DNA from: an uncultured delta proteobacterium
Lineage (GTDB): Bacteria > Desulfobacterota > Binatia > Binatales > Binataceae
Reading direction: 5' to 3'
NCBI GenBank assembly: GCA_963808235.1
Contig: CAWEEQ010000004.1
Coordinates: 320,001-384,000, forward strand
Length of the DNA: 64,000 nt
The number at the start of each line of letters is the position of its first letter. Position 1 is the stretch's first letter. Shown here piece by piece: positions 29,642 to 39,190 of this stretch. Made by a program: the position numbers and the translations under genes. The notes below the pieces were generated by a model. It saw only the letters and a list, made by a program, of their open reading frames with translations, was not told the DNA's origin and did not search any database.

Positions 29642-30324
29642 AGCGGCACCCGAAACGCAAGCGACCGCGTCGGAGAACCGCTACGCCGCGCCCGAGGCTC
29701 GCGCGGCCGGACCTGCTTGCGGGCGAGGAACTGGCGCGAGTGCCGTCGCAGCAGCGCAGCCGTATCAAGCGCGAAGCGATCCTCCATGCGGCAGTGGAAC
29801 TGTTCGCGCGCAGCGGCTACGAGGCGACTGCGATCGGCGACATAGTCACGCATGCGCGAACGTCGGTCGGCGGCTTCTACCAGTACTTCCGCTCCAAACG
29901 CCAGCTCTTGCTGGTGCTGATGAGCGAGCTCATGCAGAAACTGGAACAGATCGAGATGCAGCCAAGCGCGCAGGGCGATCTGAAGAGTGCGATCGAAAGC
30001 GTGCTGCGAGCTGGACTGGCTACCGACCTTGCCTACGCGGGCGCGTACCGAGCGTGGCGAGAGGCGATGCTGTCCGATCGGCAGCTCGCTGCTCTCGACG
30101 ACCAGATGCGAGCGTGGACGACGGGACGGCTGCGCGCTGTTTTCGAAATGTTGGCGCGTCTTCCCGGCGCTCGGCGCGCAGTCGACGTTTCTCTGCTGGC
30201 CGCGATGATGGATCGTCTCTTCTGGGATCTTCTCGCCAGCACTCTGAGATCCGACTCGCGCCTGATCGGTACGCTCGGCCACATCATCTACCACTCGCTC
30301 TTCGACGATCCGCCTCAAGTCTGA
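29638..30324 (+). CDS. TetR/AcrR family regulator
   Basis: PSQQRS..KREAIL.AA..LF..GYEAT.I.DI..A..SVG.FYQYFRSK. Confidence 0.9.
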   Translation: MKRHPKRKRPRRRTATPRPRLARPDLLAGEELARVPSQQRSRIKREAILHAAVELFARSGYEATAIGDIVTHARTSVGGFYQYFRSKRQLLLVLMSELMQKLEQIEMQPSAQGDLKSAIESVLRAGLATDLAYAGAYRAWREAMLSDRQLAALDDQMRAWTTGRLRAVFEMLARLPGARRAVDVSLLAAMMDRLFWDLLASTLRSDSRLIGTLGHIIYHSLFDDPPQV

Positions 30325-31052
30325 TGATCGTTGGCGGAAATAAATCGCAGCATCAAGTTCTGCAACTCCGTCCCATGCGGACCGAACAGGATCGCGGTGC
30401 CGTGAGCGCGGCCGGAGAAAACCTGGAACGACTTCGGCGCCTCGGCCAGCCGATAGAGAATCTCCGGCTGCCCCGCGACCAGAGGATCGTCCGCCGAAGT
30501 AACGAACAATATTGGCGCGCGAACCTGGCGCACCGCATCCTGCATGTTGAGACCGCCGAAGCTGACCGGCGTCGATATACATATGATGCCCGCGACCGGC
30601 TCGCGAGCCGCAACCAAAATCGCCGCTTCGGCCCCGAGGCTCGCGCCGGCGATGAAAATCCGCGACACGCGTGGACGGATGAACTGGTAGGCGGCTAGCA
30701 AATCGCCGTCGGCGAACTGGGTACCCACCGGTCCCTCCGATTCGGTGAAGCCGCGGAAATCGAAGGTCAGCGCCGTGTAGCCGTGCGCCGCCAGGACTTG
30801 TGCGAAGTCAGTCCAATCGGACTGATCGGCGGGAAACATATGCGCCAGGATGACGCCCGTCGCGCCGCTGCCATACAAATGCCCCCGCAGCACGATGCCA
30901 TCGGACGTCGTGAACGAGACGTGCTCTCCGCCGAGATCCTCAGGCTTTCGCTGAACGCTCTGCGCGGAACATCCCGCCGCTGCGATCGCGACTATTGCAG
31001 CCGCAGCGATCGCAGGTAAATTTCGCGATAGCCATCTGGCGCGACTACGCAG
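30315..31052 (-). CDS. Alpha/beta hydrolase, probable lipoprotein (start uncertain)
   Basis: FDFRG, GASLG, HGT; the frame stays open upstream through VSFTTSDG and lipobox IAAAGC, with no ATG/GTG/TTG before it. Confidence 0.7.
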   Translation of the reverse strand: MRSRARWLSRNLPAIAAAAIVAIAAAGCSAQSVQRKPEDLGGEHVSFTTSDGIVLRGHLYGSGATGVILAHMFPADQSDWTDFAQVLAAHGYTALTFDFRGFTESEGPVGTQFADGDLLAAYQFIRPRVSRIFIAGASLGAEAAILVAAREPVAGIICISTPVSFGGLNMQDAVRQVRAPILFVTSADDPLVAGQPEILYRLAEAPKSFQVFSGRAHGTAILFGPHGTELQNLMLRFISANDHQT

Positions 31053-32169
31053 GATGAGCGTGAACGCCGGGCGCCAAACGTTCGGCCGGTTCCAACAGTG
31101 GTTCGGTGTTCCACTTCTTCAATTCCGGCAATACGTACTTGGCAAAGCACTTGATACTGCGCTCGGCATCGACGTACGGCATCCCGGCGAAACTGAAGTT
31201 GAACATGACTGCGCTGGTATCGATCGTGTCCTTGATAAATTTAACCTTCTCGAGCACCTGGTCGGGAGTCCCCCACGGCATCAGGAGCGCGAAGTCACGC
31301 GCCGCGCCTTCCGCGCCATGCTTTTGAATGAACTTGCCGACGTGACTGTAGAATTCGTAGCTCTTCTTGGTGCCGAACTCAGGCGAGGCCATCTCGTAGT
31401 GCTTCATGACGGTTTGGTAGTTGGCCGTGATCCATTTCATTGCCATCTCTTCGGCGCGATCTTTGTTCTCATCGACAAAGCAGAAGCCGCCTGAGATTGG
31501 CTTCGGTGGCGGGACTGAGCCGTTAACCTCGCGCCAGACCTTGTGGTAAACCTCGAAATCGCTCTTCACCGCCTCCCACGGTTTCTGCGGAATCACCAGC
31601 AGGCCGACGCCGAGTTTTGCCATTATCGGCATCGACTCCGGCGAGACCGCTGCGGCGTAGGTTCGTCCCTTGAACGAGCGCGCCGGAAACGGCCGAATCT
31701 CGCGGCGCGGCTGGCGGGTATGCTTGCCGCCTTCCATGTATCCGTTCTCGAGCGCGTTCAATACCAACTCCGCATACTCGACGAACAGGTTGCGCCCTTC
31801 GTTCTGGTCGAGCCGGAAACCCTCATACTCAATTCTCGCAAGTCCGCGCCCGAGGCCGAGGATGACGCGCCCGTTCGAAACGTGATCGAGTAGTGAGACT
31901 TGCTCGGCGACGCGAATCGGATCGTGCCAAGGCAGCACCACGACGCCCGAACCCAGTTTCACATGCGAGGTTCTTCCCGCCATGTAAGACAGGAACTGCA
32001 ATACATCGGGGCACATCGTGTAATCGTCGAAGTGATGCTCGACGCACCATATCGAGTCGAATCCGAGCGGCTCCGCCATCTCGGCGAGCCTGAGTTCGTT
32101 GCGATAAACGTCGGCGTCGGAAAGGGCGTTGTTCGGATTCTGTAATACTGCTCCATATCCCACATGCAT
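31045..32169 (-). CDS. LLM-class flavin-dependent oxidoreductase
   Basis: AE.LGFDSIW..EHHF, VLPWHDPIRVAE, LD..SNGR..LGLGRG. Confidence 0.92.
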   Translation of the reverse strand: MHVGYGAVLQNPNNALSDADVYRNELRLAEMAEPLGFDSIWCVEHHFDDYTMCPDVLQFLSYMAGRTSHVKLGSGVVVLPWHDPIRVAEQVSLLDHVSNGRVILGLGRGLARIEYEGFRLDQNEGRNLFVEYAELVLNALENGYMEGGKHTRQPRREIRPFPARSFKGRTYAAAVSPESMPIMAKLGVGLLVIPQKPWEAVKSDFEVYHKVWREVNGSVPPPKPISGGFCFVDENKDRAEEMAMKWITANYQTVMKHYEMASPEFGTKKSYEFYSHVGKFIQKHGAEGAARDFALLMPWGTPDQVLEKVKFIKDTIDTSAVMFNFSFAGMPYVDAERSIKCFAKYVLPELKKWNTEPLLEPAERLAPGVHAHPA

Positions 32170-32337
32170 GATTTCGTCTCCTTCGGAGTCGTTGCGCCGA
32201 GTCGCGGCGAATTCGGGTCCGCTATTTTCTAATAGATCGATGATGGTTGAAGGCGCAAGGCAGTTCGCAGTTCTCTTTTGCCAAAATCGCAAGCGCGTCA
32301 TACAGTGGAGCGACTTTCAGTTTCGGAGGACCGCGCC

Positions 32338-33567
32338 GTGGAATTGAGCGAGATCGATCTTCTCGATCCAAAACGCTTCGAGGATAGCGTGCCGCACGAA
32401 TGGTTCACTTATCTTCGTCACCACGCGCCGATCTTCAGGCACGCGGAGCCGGGCGGCCCCGGGTTCTGGGTAATCACCCGCTACGACGACGTGGTCGAAG
32501 TTAATCGCGACGGCCAGACTTATTCATCGGAGCAAAGCCGCGGTGGAGTAGTCGCGCTCGAGGACGCGGACGCCGCCGCTGACATCTCGGCGCAGGGCCG
32601 CATGATGCTCACGATGGACGCGCCCGATCACACCCGCTATCGCTCGCTGGTCAACCGCGGTTTCACCCCGCGCATGATCGGCGCGCTGGGAAGTCACATC
32701 CGGGAGATGGTGATCAAGATTCTCGAACCCGCGATTGCGAAACGCGACTGCGATTTCGTGGTGGATGTCGCCTCCGAACTTCCGCTGCAGGTGATTGCCG
32801 AGATGCTGGGCGTGCCATTCGAGGATCGGCACAAGCTCTTCGAATGGAGCAACCGCATGATCGGCAGCAAGGATCCCGAGTACGCAGTCAGCCAGCAGCT
32901 GGTCCAGAACGCGGCGATCGAGATGTACATGTACTCGAACGAGCTCGCGAAGAAACGGCGCGAGCAGCCGCGCGACGATATCGTTACCGCGCTCCTCAAA
33001 GAAGACAGTCAACGGCGACCAGCTTTCCGAGATGGACTTCAACGTGTTTTTTCTGCTCCTGGCGGTGGCGGGAAATGAAACCACTCGCAACGCGCTGTCG
33101 CACGGCATGCACACTCTGATCGATCATCCCGAGCAGTATCGAATGCTGGTCGAAGATCCGTCGATTGTGCCGTCGGCGACCGAGGAGATCCTGCGCTGGG
33201 CGTCTCCGGTAATGTTCTTTCGCCGCAACGTGACCCGCGACACCGAGCTTCGCGGCCAGAAGCTCAAGCCGGCGACAAGGTCAGCATCTGGTATATCTCG
33301 GCCAATCGCGACGAGGATATTTTTCCGAATCCATTCGCCTTTGACATCAAGCGGTCGCCAAATGAGCACGTCGCATTCGGCGGCGGCGGTCCACACTTCT
33401 GCCTGGGCGCGAGCCTCGCGCGGATGGAAATCAACATCCTGCTCGAAGAGCTGGTGAAGCGAGTTTCGTCGGTTAAACGTACCGGCGAGGTGAAGCGGCT
33501 CAGATCCAACTTCATCAACGGGATCAAACATCTGCCGGTGCATCTGACACCAGCCGCGAAGAGCTAG
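32338..33567 (+). pseudogene. Cytochrome P450 (CYP125/142-like) with two compensating frameshifts, possibly sequencing errors
   Basis: Frame 1 to ~33006, frame 2 (AGNETT, EEILR) to ~33269, back to frame 1 (SANRDE, FGGGGPHFCLG), stop TAG 33565-33567. Confidence 0.85.
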
Positions 33568-33591
33568 AAGCGAGCCGCTCAGGAAGTTTTC

Positions 33592-35070
33592 TCAGCTGGG
33601 CAGCAGTCGCTCGAACACCATTGGCGCCAGTTCCTTGATATGAACCGGCGGCGCTTCGGTGCCGTGCTCGAATCCCGGGCCCATCGTGATCAGGAAGCCG
33701 TCGGAACGATGGTTGCCGCGGCGGCCGGTGGCCAGCTTGCCACTCAGACTCCCGAGCAAAGGAGATTCGATTTGCGACGGAGGTGCGCTCGCGGCCCAGG
33801 TCACGATCGCGTCGGGCAGCAGCGCGCTTCGAGCGCCCGGCGATTGCTCATTCGTAAAATGGATTTCGTTGACCAGCGGTTCGCCGCTTGCTGCGTCGCG
33901 AAGACTCAGGAAGCATTGCCGCAGCCAATCCTCGTAACGGATGCGCGAATCGTCGTCGAGCATCCCCTCGCGCTCGCGGCCGCGAAGGTTGTAGCGAATG
34001 TAGGCGCTCCAGTCGGCCAGGACTCCAATCGCCGGCGTGTGCGCCCAATCGTGTCCCGCGGTATAGGAGCGATCGACCACGGCGTCTCTTACCTCGGGCG
34101 GCGCCCAACTCGCGATCAGATTTTGAACTGGCGAAGCTAAGACCTCGCGCAAGCCGCGAACCAGGCTCCTTTGTTTCGGCCGCGTCGAACCGAACAACCG
34201 AGGCTCGCGCTCCGCGAATCCCCGGTTTATGCGGTCCATCAGATCCTGAACGAAGTGGTTCTTGGTGTTGTTCACGCCCATCCCATGGAGCGAGAAGATC
34301 ATCGCCGTGGTCTCGGAAAGATCGATTGCGTCCACGATGAGACCGATCGATTCATCCACCGCCCGGTAAACGTCCAGCGCGGCGTGTGCGGGCGGGAGCG
34401 CCTGCGACCGCAAGCCCTCGGGCCACAGGATGTGTCCGCCGCGATGGCATTCGCCGAACACCGTGATGAAAAAATCGGAGCGGCGCGCAGTCAGCAGCCA
34501 GCGCGATACTTCGCCCTTGAGCTTCGCGCCGGCGATCAGGTCGTCGCGGATTCGGCGCAGCGCACCCGCGCTCTTGTCGACCGGTATTTCGCAGCCCATC
34601 GGATGTGTTCCGAAGCGCTGAATAATTTCGCGCGCCATATCCGGCCGGTTCGATTCCGGTTCGCCCAGGGAATCGTGACAGGCGAAGTTGGTTACTTCGA
34701 TCCCCTGGTCAAGGTACCTTCGCAAACTCACCGGTACGTCGAGCGCGCTAACGTTCAGACCGCTGCGCTCGAGCTTCACGTAAAACGGCTCGACGGGCAG
34801 CCAGTCCGCAGTGACGCGCCGCAACTTCATCAGTTGCGGATCCCACTGAAGGTGATGGTAGATGCCGTGATCTTGCGGATTGCTGGCGGTGTAAAACGTC
34901 GGCCATACCGAGCCGTTCAGCAACGCACTGGTCGATCTGAGCCGGCGCGCGACGCCGCGTCCAAGAGCACGGCTGAAACTAGGAAGTTCCGCGAGATTAG
35001 CTTTGATAAAACTGAACTCGGCGGCATCGACGCCGATCATCACAAGCTTTGCGTTCCTGGTCTTGTCCAT
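33592..35070 (-). CDS. Alkaline phosphatase superfamily (type I phosphodiesterase-like) protein
   Basis: IGVDAA, SVWPTFYT..HGI, HRGGH, SLHGM, LPD, GNHRSDG; paralogue of 44855-46366. Confidence 0.8.
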   Translation of the reverse strand: MDKTRNAKLVMIGVDAAEFSFIKANLAELPSFSRALGRGVARRLRSTSALLNGSVWPTFYTASNPQDHGIYHHLQWDPQLMKLRRVTADWLPVEPFYVKLERSGLNVSALDVPVSLRRYLDQGIEVTNFACHDSLGEPESNRPDMAREIIQRFGTHPMGCEIPVDKSAGALRRIRDDLIAGAKLKGEVSRWLLTARRSDFFITVFGECHRGGHILWPEGLRSQALPPAHAALDVYRAVDESIGLIVDAIDLSETTAMIFSLHGMGVNNTKNHFVQDLMDRINRGFAEREPRLFGSTRPKQRSLVRGLREVLASPVQNLIASWAPPEVRDAVVDRSYTAGHDWAHTPAIGVLADWSAYIRYNLRGREREGMLDDDSRIRYEDWLRQCFLSLRDAASGEPLVNEIHFTNEQSPGARSALLPDAIVTWAASAPPSQIESPLLGSLSGKLATGRRGNHRSDGFLITMGPGFEHGTEAPPVHIKELAPMVFERLLPS

Positions 35071-35129
35071 CGGGCTCTCTGCGAAGGGAAACGCAGGCAC
35101 CCTGAACTAGTCGGATTTGCGGCGCATTG

Positions 35130-36311
35130 CTAGATCGCACTCCCGGCGCACCAGCCGCTCGACCACGCCCACTGGAAGTTGTAGCCGCCGAGCCAGCCGG
35201 TGACGTCGACGGCCTCTCCGATCGCATAGAGGCCGGGGACAGCGCGCGCTTCCATCGATTTCGACGAGAGCGCCGCGGTGTCGATACCGCCAACGGTCAC
35301 TTCCGCCTTGGCCCATCCTTCGGATTCCGTCGGATGAACATTCCAGTGGCTGAGACGTTCGGCGATCACTGTCAGGCTGCGGTCCGGCAAGTTCGCCATC
35401 GATTGTCCGATTGCGACGCCATCGGCAAGAGCAATCGCGAGGCGGGCCGGCACGATCTCCGCGAGAACGGTTTTGAGCTCGGCTTTGGGACGCGTGCGCC
35501 TTCGATCTCTGAGAAAGCTCTCAGGCCTAAGCTCAGGCGCAAGATTTATGGAGATCGGATCGCCTTGCCGCCAATACGATGAAATTTGAAGTATTGCCGG
35601 ACCCGAGAGTCCGCGATGAGTGAACAGAATATTTTCGCGGAAACTCTGCTTTCGGCACGAGACGATTGCATCTGCCGAAACGCCCGAGTGTGATTGGCAC
35701 AGCTCAAGTGTCTCACCTGCTACCTTGAGCGGAACCAGTCCCGGCGCGGTCTCAATCACCTTGAGGCCGAACCGGCGCGCGGTGTCATAGGCGAAATCGG
35801 TGGCGCCCAATTTTGGAATCGACAGGCCGCCCGTCGCGAGCACCAGCGCGGGTGCAACAAAGCTGCCCCGGTCAGTCTCGATACGAAAGCGCTGAACGGC
35901 GTCGCGCACGACTTCGGTGACGCTATGCGCAACCCGCAAATCGACTCTGGCCGCCGCGCATTCCTCGAGCAGCATCGCGAGGACTTCGCGAGACGACCGA
36001 TCGCAGAACAGCTGGCCAAGGGTTTTCTCGTGATACGGGATTCGATGACGCTCGACCAGCGCGATAAAGTCGCGCTCGGTATAGCGGCTGAGTGCCGACT
36101 TGCAGAAGTGAGGATTGGCGGAGATGAAGCGCTCCGGCGTCACCTCGAGATTGGTGAAGTTGCAGCGGCCGCCACCGGAGATCAGGATCTTTGCACCGGC
36201 GCGATCGTTGCGCTCGAGCAGCAGGACGCGTCTGCCGCGCTGCCCGGCGGTCATCGCGCACATCAATCCGGCGGCGCCGGCGCCAAGGATGACTACATCG
36301 AACGCTTGCAT
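35130..36311 (-). CDS. HI0933/YhiN/BaiN family flavoprotein
   Basis: GAGAAG, KILISGGGRCNFTN, ATGGLSIP, LFTHRGLSGP, GE.VDV.G.LGGYNFQWA. Confidence 0.95.
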   Translation of the reverse strand: MQAFDVVILGAGAAGLMCAMTAGQRGRRVLLLERNDRAGAKILISGGGRCNFTNLEVTPERFISANPHFCKSALSRYTERDFIALVERHRIPYHEKTLGQLFCDRSSREVLAMLLEECAAARVDLRVAHSVTEVVRDAVQRFRIETDRGSFVAPALVLATGGLSIPKLGATDFAYDTARRFGLKVIETAPGLVPLKVAGETLELCQSHSGVSADAIVSCRKQSFRENILFTHRGLSGPAILQISSYWRQGDPISINLAPELRPESFLRDRRRTRPKAELKTVLAEIVPARLAIALADGVAIGQSMANLPDRSLTVIAERLSHWNVHPTESEGWAKAEVTVGGIDTAALSSKSMEARAVPGLYAIGEAVDVTGWLGGYNFQWAWSSGWCAGSAI

Positions 36312-36372
36312 CGCCGCTGCAACCGGCCGTTATCGACTCGCCTCCACCCTTGCTATTGCGCTCCGCGCATCA

Positions 36373-37431
36373 TCAGTGGATGCAGCTCTGACTAGCCGAT
36401 CCCGTATTGTTGTACCAGATGTTGGTCGAGCAGTGAGGATTGAGATCGACCATGTCGTGCTGATCGGGATTTCCGTCGTTATGGGTAACCGTGACGATAT
36501 TGTCCTTGTCGTTTTTTTCGATCACGATTCCGTTATTGGTATTGCCGGGTGCGCCGGAATTTGTGATGCGGTTGTCGTCGCTCTTGGCGCCGCCGCATTT
36601 CACGGTTCCACAGCCGAGTAATATTCCGGTATCGCCGTTGCCCGAGGTGCCGTTGCAGTTGGAAATCAGGTTGCGCGAAGAGCCCAACAGCCAAAATCCG
36701 TACTTGCCGTTGGAGGAAGCTGACGCCGTGCCGATCGAGTTGTCGGTCGAGCCATCGAGCAAGACGCCCGCCGTGGTGTTGCTGATCGTGCTGAAATTGG
36801 ACATGCGGATTCCCGAACTGTTTTTGAGCATCACGCCGTCGGCACCGTTGTAGCTAGCAAGAAAATCCACCGCGACGCTTCCTTTCGCTCCGTTGAAGAA
36901 GATGCCCGCGGTCGTGTTGCCGAACGTCTGCTGGAAGATGTTGCCGCCGATGTTTTTGAACAGCGCGATGACCGCGTTGTCGCCGTCGTCCTCGATTCCG
37001 ACGTTCCATTGCGTCACGACCGCCTGCGCGTTCGGAAATTCCATACCGTCGATGCCCGCGTCGTCGGCCGGAGCGGTGCTGCCCTCGATTCCGCCTTCGA
37101 CCAGCACATGGGTCGCATTCTTGTCGATAAGGATGCCGATTCCGCTGCCGTTGCCGCTCCCGATGACCGCATTGCCTTGCAAGTTGAGGATCGAATCGCT
37201 GGCGGAGATCTCGATACAGATGGGCTGGCTCGTGTCGCTGGCGCTCAAGTCGTTCTGTACCAGGTAGGTATTCGGTTTCGTGACCACGCATCCGCATGCA
37301 GTGATCGAGGTTGGGCATGAGCCCGGCGGCGCAGCGTTGGCGGCATCAACCATGAGCAGAGAAATCGCCGCAATAGCAAAAGTGAGTTTGCAGGCCGATC
37401 GTAACAGAGCCGACTTGTAGGCTCGTCGCAT
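36373..37431 (-). CDS. Secreted right-handed parallel beta-helix (NosD/pectin-lyase-like) protein
   Basis: Signal peptide; repeated N..GI.L..S..N units rich in Asn/Gly/Ser. Confidence 0.75.
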   Translation of the reverse strand: MRRAYKSALLRSACKLTFAIAAISLLMVDAANAAPPGSCPTSITACGCVVTKPNTYLVQNDLSASDTSQPICIEISASDSILNLQGNAVIGSGNGSGIGILIDKNATHVLVEGGIEGSTAPADDAGIDGMEFPNAQAVVTQWNVGIEDDGDNAVIALFKNIGGNIFQQTFGNTTAGIFFNGAKGSVAVDFLASYNGADGVMLKNSSGIRMSNFSTISNTTAGVLLDGSTDNSIGTASASSNGKYGFWLLGSSRNLISNCNGTSGNGDTGILLGCGTVKCGGAKSDDNRITNSGAPGNTNNGIVIEKNDKDNIVTVTHNDGNPDQHDMVDLNPHCSTNIWYNNTGSASQSCIH

Positions 37432-37602
37432 AGAAAGGTTCCCCCGTGATCACAGCGCGCGACGCGCAAATCAGAATGTCTCGTTGTCCACGACGCGGCC
37501 CGAACAGGCCGCGTTCCCCCTGGTCCCTGCCGAGAGACTATATGCGCTTGGCGCGCGAACCAAATGCGCGAAGCGCTCGGCAGAACATGCGGCGCGCGAT
37601 GT

Positions 37603-38160
37603 TTACGAAGCCTTCTTTGCTCCGGGCAGATAATCGTCGAGCGGCACGCCCAGGCTGTTGAGCGCCCACGAGACAAGGTTGTACTGACCGATCGTAAAGA
37701 CCGCATCCATCATCTGTTCAGTGTTGTAGCGCTCCGCCAGCGTCTTCCAGGTCTCATCCGAGACCACTGAATTCTCGAACAAGTCGTCGGCCGCCTGAAC
37801 CAGCGCCGCGTCGTGGCGGTCCCATCCTTGTTTCGGACCTTTTGAGATGCGGTCGATCTCATCGTCGCTCAAACCTGCGCTCTTACCAATCCGCACGTGC
37901 TGCGCCCATTCATATTCCGCCTGGTTCAGCCATCCGATCCGCAGTATCAGGATTTCCCGATCTCGCGCCGGTAGCGTCTGCTGCGACAGAATGTATCCGG
38001 CGAATCGCGACCAGCTCCGCGCCAGCTTCGGATGCTGCATCAGCACCCTGAAAATATTTACGACCGTGCCATTGACCTTGTTCCGTTCGCCCATCTCGCG
38101 GTCCTCGGCGCTCAGCGTCGAAAAATCGCGGAAGGGAACTCGCTGCTTCCTGGAAATCAT
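37603..38160 (-). CDS. Carboxymuconolactone decarboxylase (AhpD-like) family protein
   Basis: NIFRVLMQHP, REILILR, YEWAQH, GLSDDEI; GGAGG RBS. Confidence 0.88.
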   Translation of the reverse strand: MISRKQRVPFRDFSTLSAEDREMGERNKVNGTVVNIFRVLMQHPKLARSWSRFAGYILSQQTLPARDREILILRIGWLNQAEYEWAQHVRIGKSAGLSDDEIDRISKGPKQGWDRHDAALVQAADDLFENSVVSDETWKTLAERYNTEQMMDAVFTIGQYNLVSWALNSLGVPLDDYLPGAKKAS

Positions 38161-38193
38161 CTGATCGCCTCCGTCATATTGCCTTCCGATTCT

Positions 38194-39072
38194 TTAGATC
38201 GTATCCGACACGCCTGGGATGAACAGCGGCGCCATTTCGTAACGCGCGACGTCGCGCTCCAGCTCGCTGCGCGCGGGCGCTTTGACGGCTTCGCTCGCCG
38301 CGTCGAGGATGCCGCGCAGCAGGCCGGCGTCGCTCGATGAATTAAGGAACAACCCGGGCCGGCTCAGAACGAAGTGCACCGCGCGGCGAATCGCATCCTT
38401 GTCGCGCAGCGGCTCGTACCAGCTGAATTTGCGCTCCGTGCCGTTTTGCCAGCGCCGCCGTGCGACTGACTTGATTGTCTGAGTTGCCACCGAGCGCTGA
38501 TTGCAAAGTTTGAGCAGCGCCTCCGCGTCCTCGGCATACTGACCGATCCCCAACATCGTGAAGTTGTACGGAAATAGCACCGAGTCGAAGGCGAAACGCC
38601 CCAGGCTCTTGAGATGCATCGCGGCAACGCGAGTGCCGTGACCGGTGACTCCGATAAACTTGACCAGCCCCTGCGAGCGCGCTTCGACCAGCGCTTCCAG
38701 CGCCCCATGCGCGCCCGTCGCGGTCTCCCACTCCTTCTCGTCGACCAGGTTGTGCATCTGGATCATGTCAACCTGATCGACGCGCAGCCGTTCGAGCGAT
38801 CGATGCAAACTCGCGCGCGCGCCCTCGTAGCTGCGCTCTCCGGTCTTGGTGGCGACGAAGAAACGTTTGCGATGCTCCCGCATCCACGGACCGATCCTCA
38901 ACTCCGAATCGCCGTACGACGCCGCAGTATCGATATGGTTGATGCCGTATTCGAGCAGCACCTCGAGCACCTGGTCGGCTTTCTCCTGCTTCATCCCGCC
39001 GAGCGCGGCGGCGCCGAAAATCACTCGCGTGCTCTGATGACCGGTTTTTCCAAACGGAGCTGATTCGATCAT
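38194..39072 (-). CDS. Aldo/keto reductase
   Basis: IDTAASYG.SE, ATK, SLERL, QMH, IGVTGH. Confidence 0.9.
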   Translation of the reverse strand: MIESAPFGKTGHQSTRVIFGAAALGGMKQEKADQVLEVLLEYGINHIDTAASYGDSELRIGPWMREHRKRFFVATKTGERSYEGARASLHRSLERLRVDQVDMIQMHNLVDEKEWETATGAHGALEALVEARSQGLVKFIGVTGHGTRVAAMHLKSLGRFAFDSVLFPYNFTMLGIGQYAEDAEALLKLCNQRSVATQTIKSVARRRWQNGTERKFSWYEPLRDKDAIRRAVHFVLSRPGLFLNSSSDAGLLRGILDAASEAVKAPARSELERDVARYEMAPLFIPGVSDTI

Positions 39073-39190
39073 GTTGTCACCTCGGGCGAGAATCACCGTC
39101 AGATCTAATTAGCGCAATTTTGATGGAACGAGAAAGTGCGCGTCGCGATCGGCGTGATCGGAAATCGCCTGGCGGAAGACTTCCGCGACG

